64,000 bases of DNA from positions 82,894,001 through 82,958,000 of the forward strand of contig JAGIQG010000002.1 of the NCBI GenBank assembly GCA_024679065.1, written 5' to 3'. Source of the DNA: Sphyrna mokarran. Its lineage: Eukaryota. Position numbers and translations under genes: made by a program. The notes under the pieces are model-generated. The model did not search any database, was not told the DNA's origin, and worked only from the letters and a program-made list of their open reading frames with translations. This document shows, piece by piece, positions 62,980 through 64,000 of the stretch (positions within the stretch are counted from its first letter, which is position 1; the number at the start of each line of letters is the position of its first letter).

Positions 62980-63292
62980 GGCATGGCATTATGGCACAGT
63001 GGTTAAAACTGCTGTCCCATAGCGCTAAGCACTGTGTTCGATTACCAGCTTGGGTCACTGTCTTTGCAGAGTTTATACATTCTTCCCATGTCTGCGTAAG
63101 TTCCCTCCAGGAACTTTGATTTCCTCCCACAGTCTAAGAAACATGCTGATTGGGTACATTGGCCATGATAAATATTCCCTCAGTGCATCCAAATAGGCGT
63201 TGGAGTGTGGCAACTATGGGATTTTCACAATAACTTCACTGCAGTGTTAATGTAAGCCTACTTGTGACAATAATGAACAAACTTAAACAAAA
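62980..63292 (+). mobile_element. V-SINE, Rex1-like tail
   Basis: tggcacagtggtt..gttcgatt..; tail cttcactgcagtgttaatgtaagcctacttgtgacaataat. Confidence 0.9.
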
Positions 63293-64000
63293 ACTTACGT
63301 ACCTGGATCAGTCTTTGGCTTTTCCATGAGGAGATGGTAAAATGCTGCACCTGTTAAGTTGGGAAAGACTTCTGACTTTGACCATTTGGTTTGGAAATTC
63401 TTGGTTCTGCAGGTTAGCTGTAATTACGAACCTGTCCTGTTTCCTTTTTGACTATGGCTTTGCTGACTTGTGACTTACTTCCAGTAAGCAGGGAGAGATA
63501 GAGACTTCTTCATCTGCAAGCAGGAGTGCCTAGTGAACATTCCTCAACTGTGATTCTCACATCGCACCTTCGTATAGTTGAACTAGAACAACAAACAAGC
63601 ACCTAGGGACAAGGGTTTCAGTTGATTTTTTTCATACTTTTTCCTTTGTACCCCTGGAAAGAGAAAAACACAAATATGTCTAGGATATAACTCATAGGAG
63701 ATTGCCGTCTCTGCTGAGACTATCAGCTTCCATTATCTACACAAGACATTACAGCTCAGTTTTTGTATTATACCTCTTCCTTTGAAATGTCTTTCTGAAA
63801 AAGGGTGCAATATTCTGCTGTCTCTCTTGGGACTGAATATAATTCATGTAGGATTTCCAATAATTGATTACACCACAGTCTCAATTTTTACTTGCATTTT
63901 CCTTTCTGTACAAAACATCTTATTTAAAATATCAATATGTCCATATGTAACTTGTCTAGAAAAACTGCATTTCAGATTTTTGAAAAGTTCCAAACTTAAA

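Noticed and set aside
62624-64000. Possible solo LTR starting TGTTA
   Set aside because: No matching CA end, TSD, PBS or second copy can be shown in the window.

Overview
Eukaryotic, AT-rich, CpG-depleted, repeat-dense DNA, most likely an intron or intergenic region of a shark or other elasmobranch (inferred from HE1-type V-SINEs, HER1-type CR1 LINEs and SacSINE1-like DeuSINEs). I find no supportable host protein-coding exon; almost all ORFs in the track are spurious or transposon-derived. The window holds many CR1 fragments (one very young, 38805-40080), Rex1/Babar, L2, a CR1-Zenon-like LINE, a decayed Ty3/Gypsy element, decayed PIF/Harbinger transposons (both HARBI1-like transposase and Myb/SANT partner genes) with their MITEs, and at least five SINE families. 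The most unusual items are: (1) a ~320 bp A-tailed, TSD-flanked element built from U2 snRNA 5' fragments (51256-51573); (2) tiny fold-back Penelope-derived insertions with TSDs, one carrying an intact minimal hammerhead ribozyme core (62292-62454); (3) V-SINEs sharing one head and core but carrying either a CR1 tail or a Rex1-like tail. Family names come from motif recognition, not database searches, and boundaries of decayed elements are approximate.
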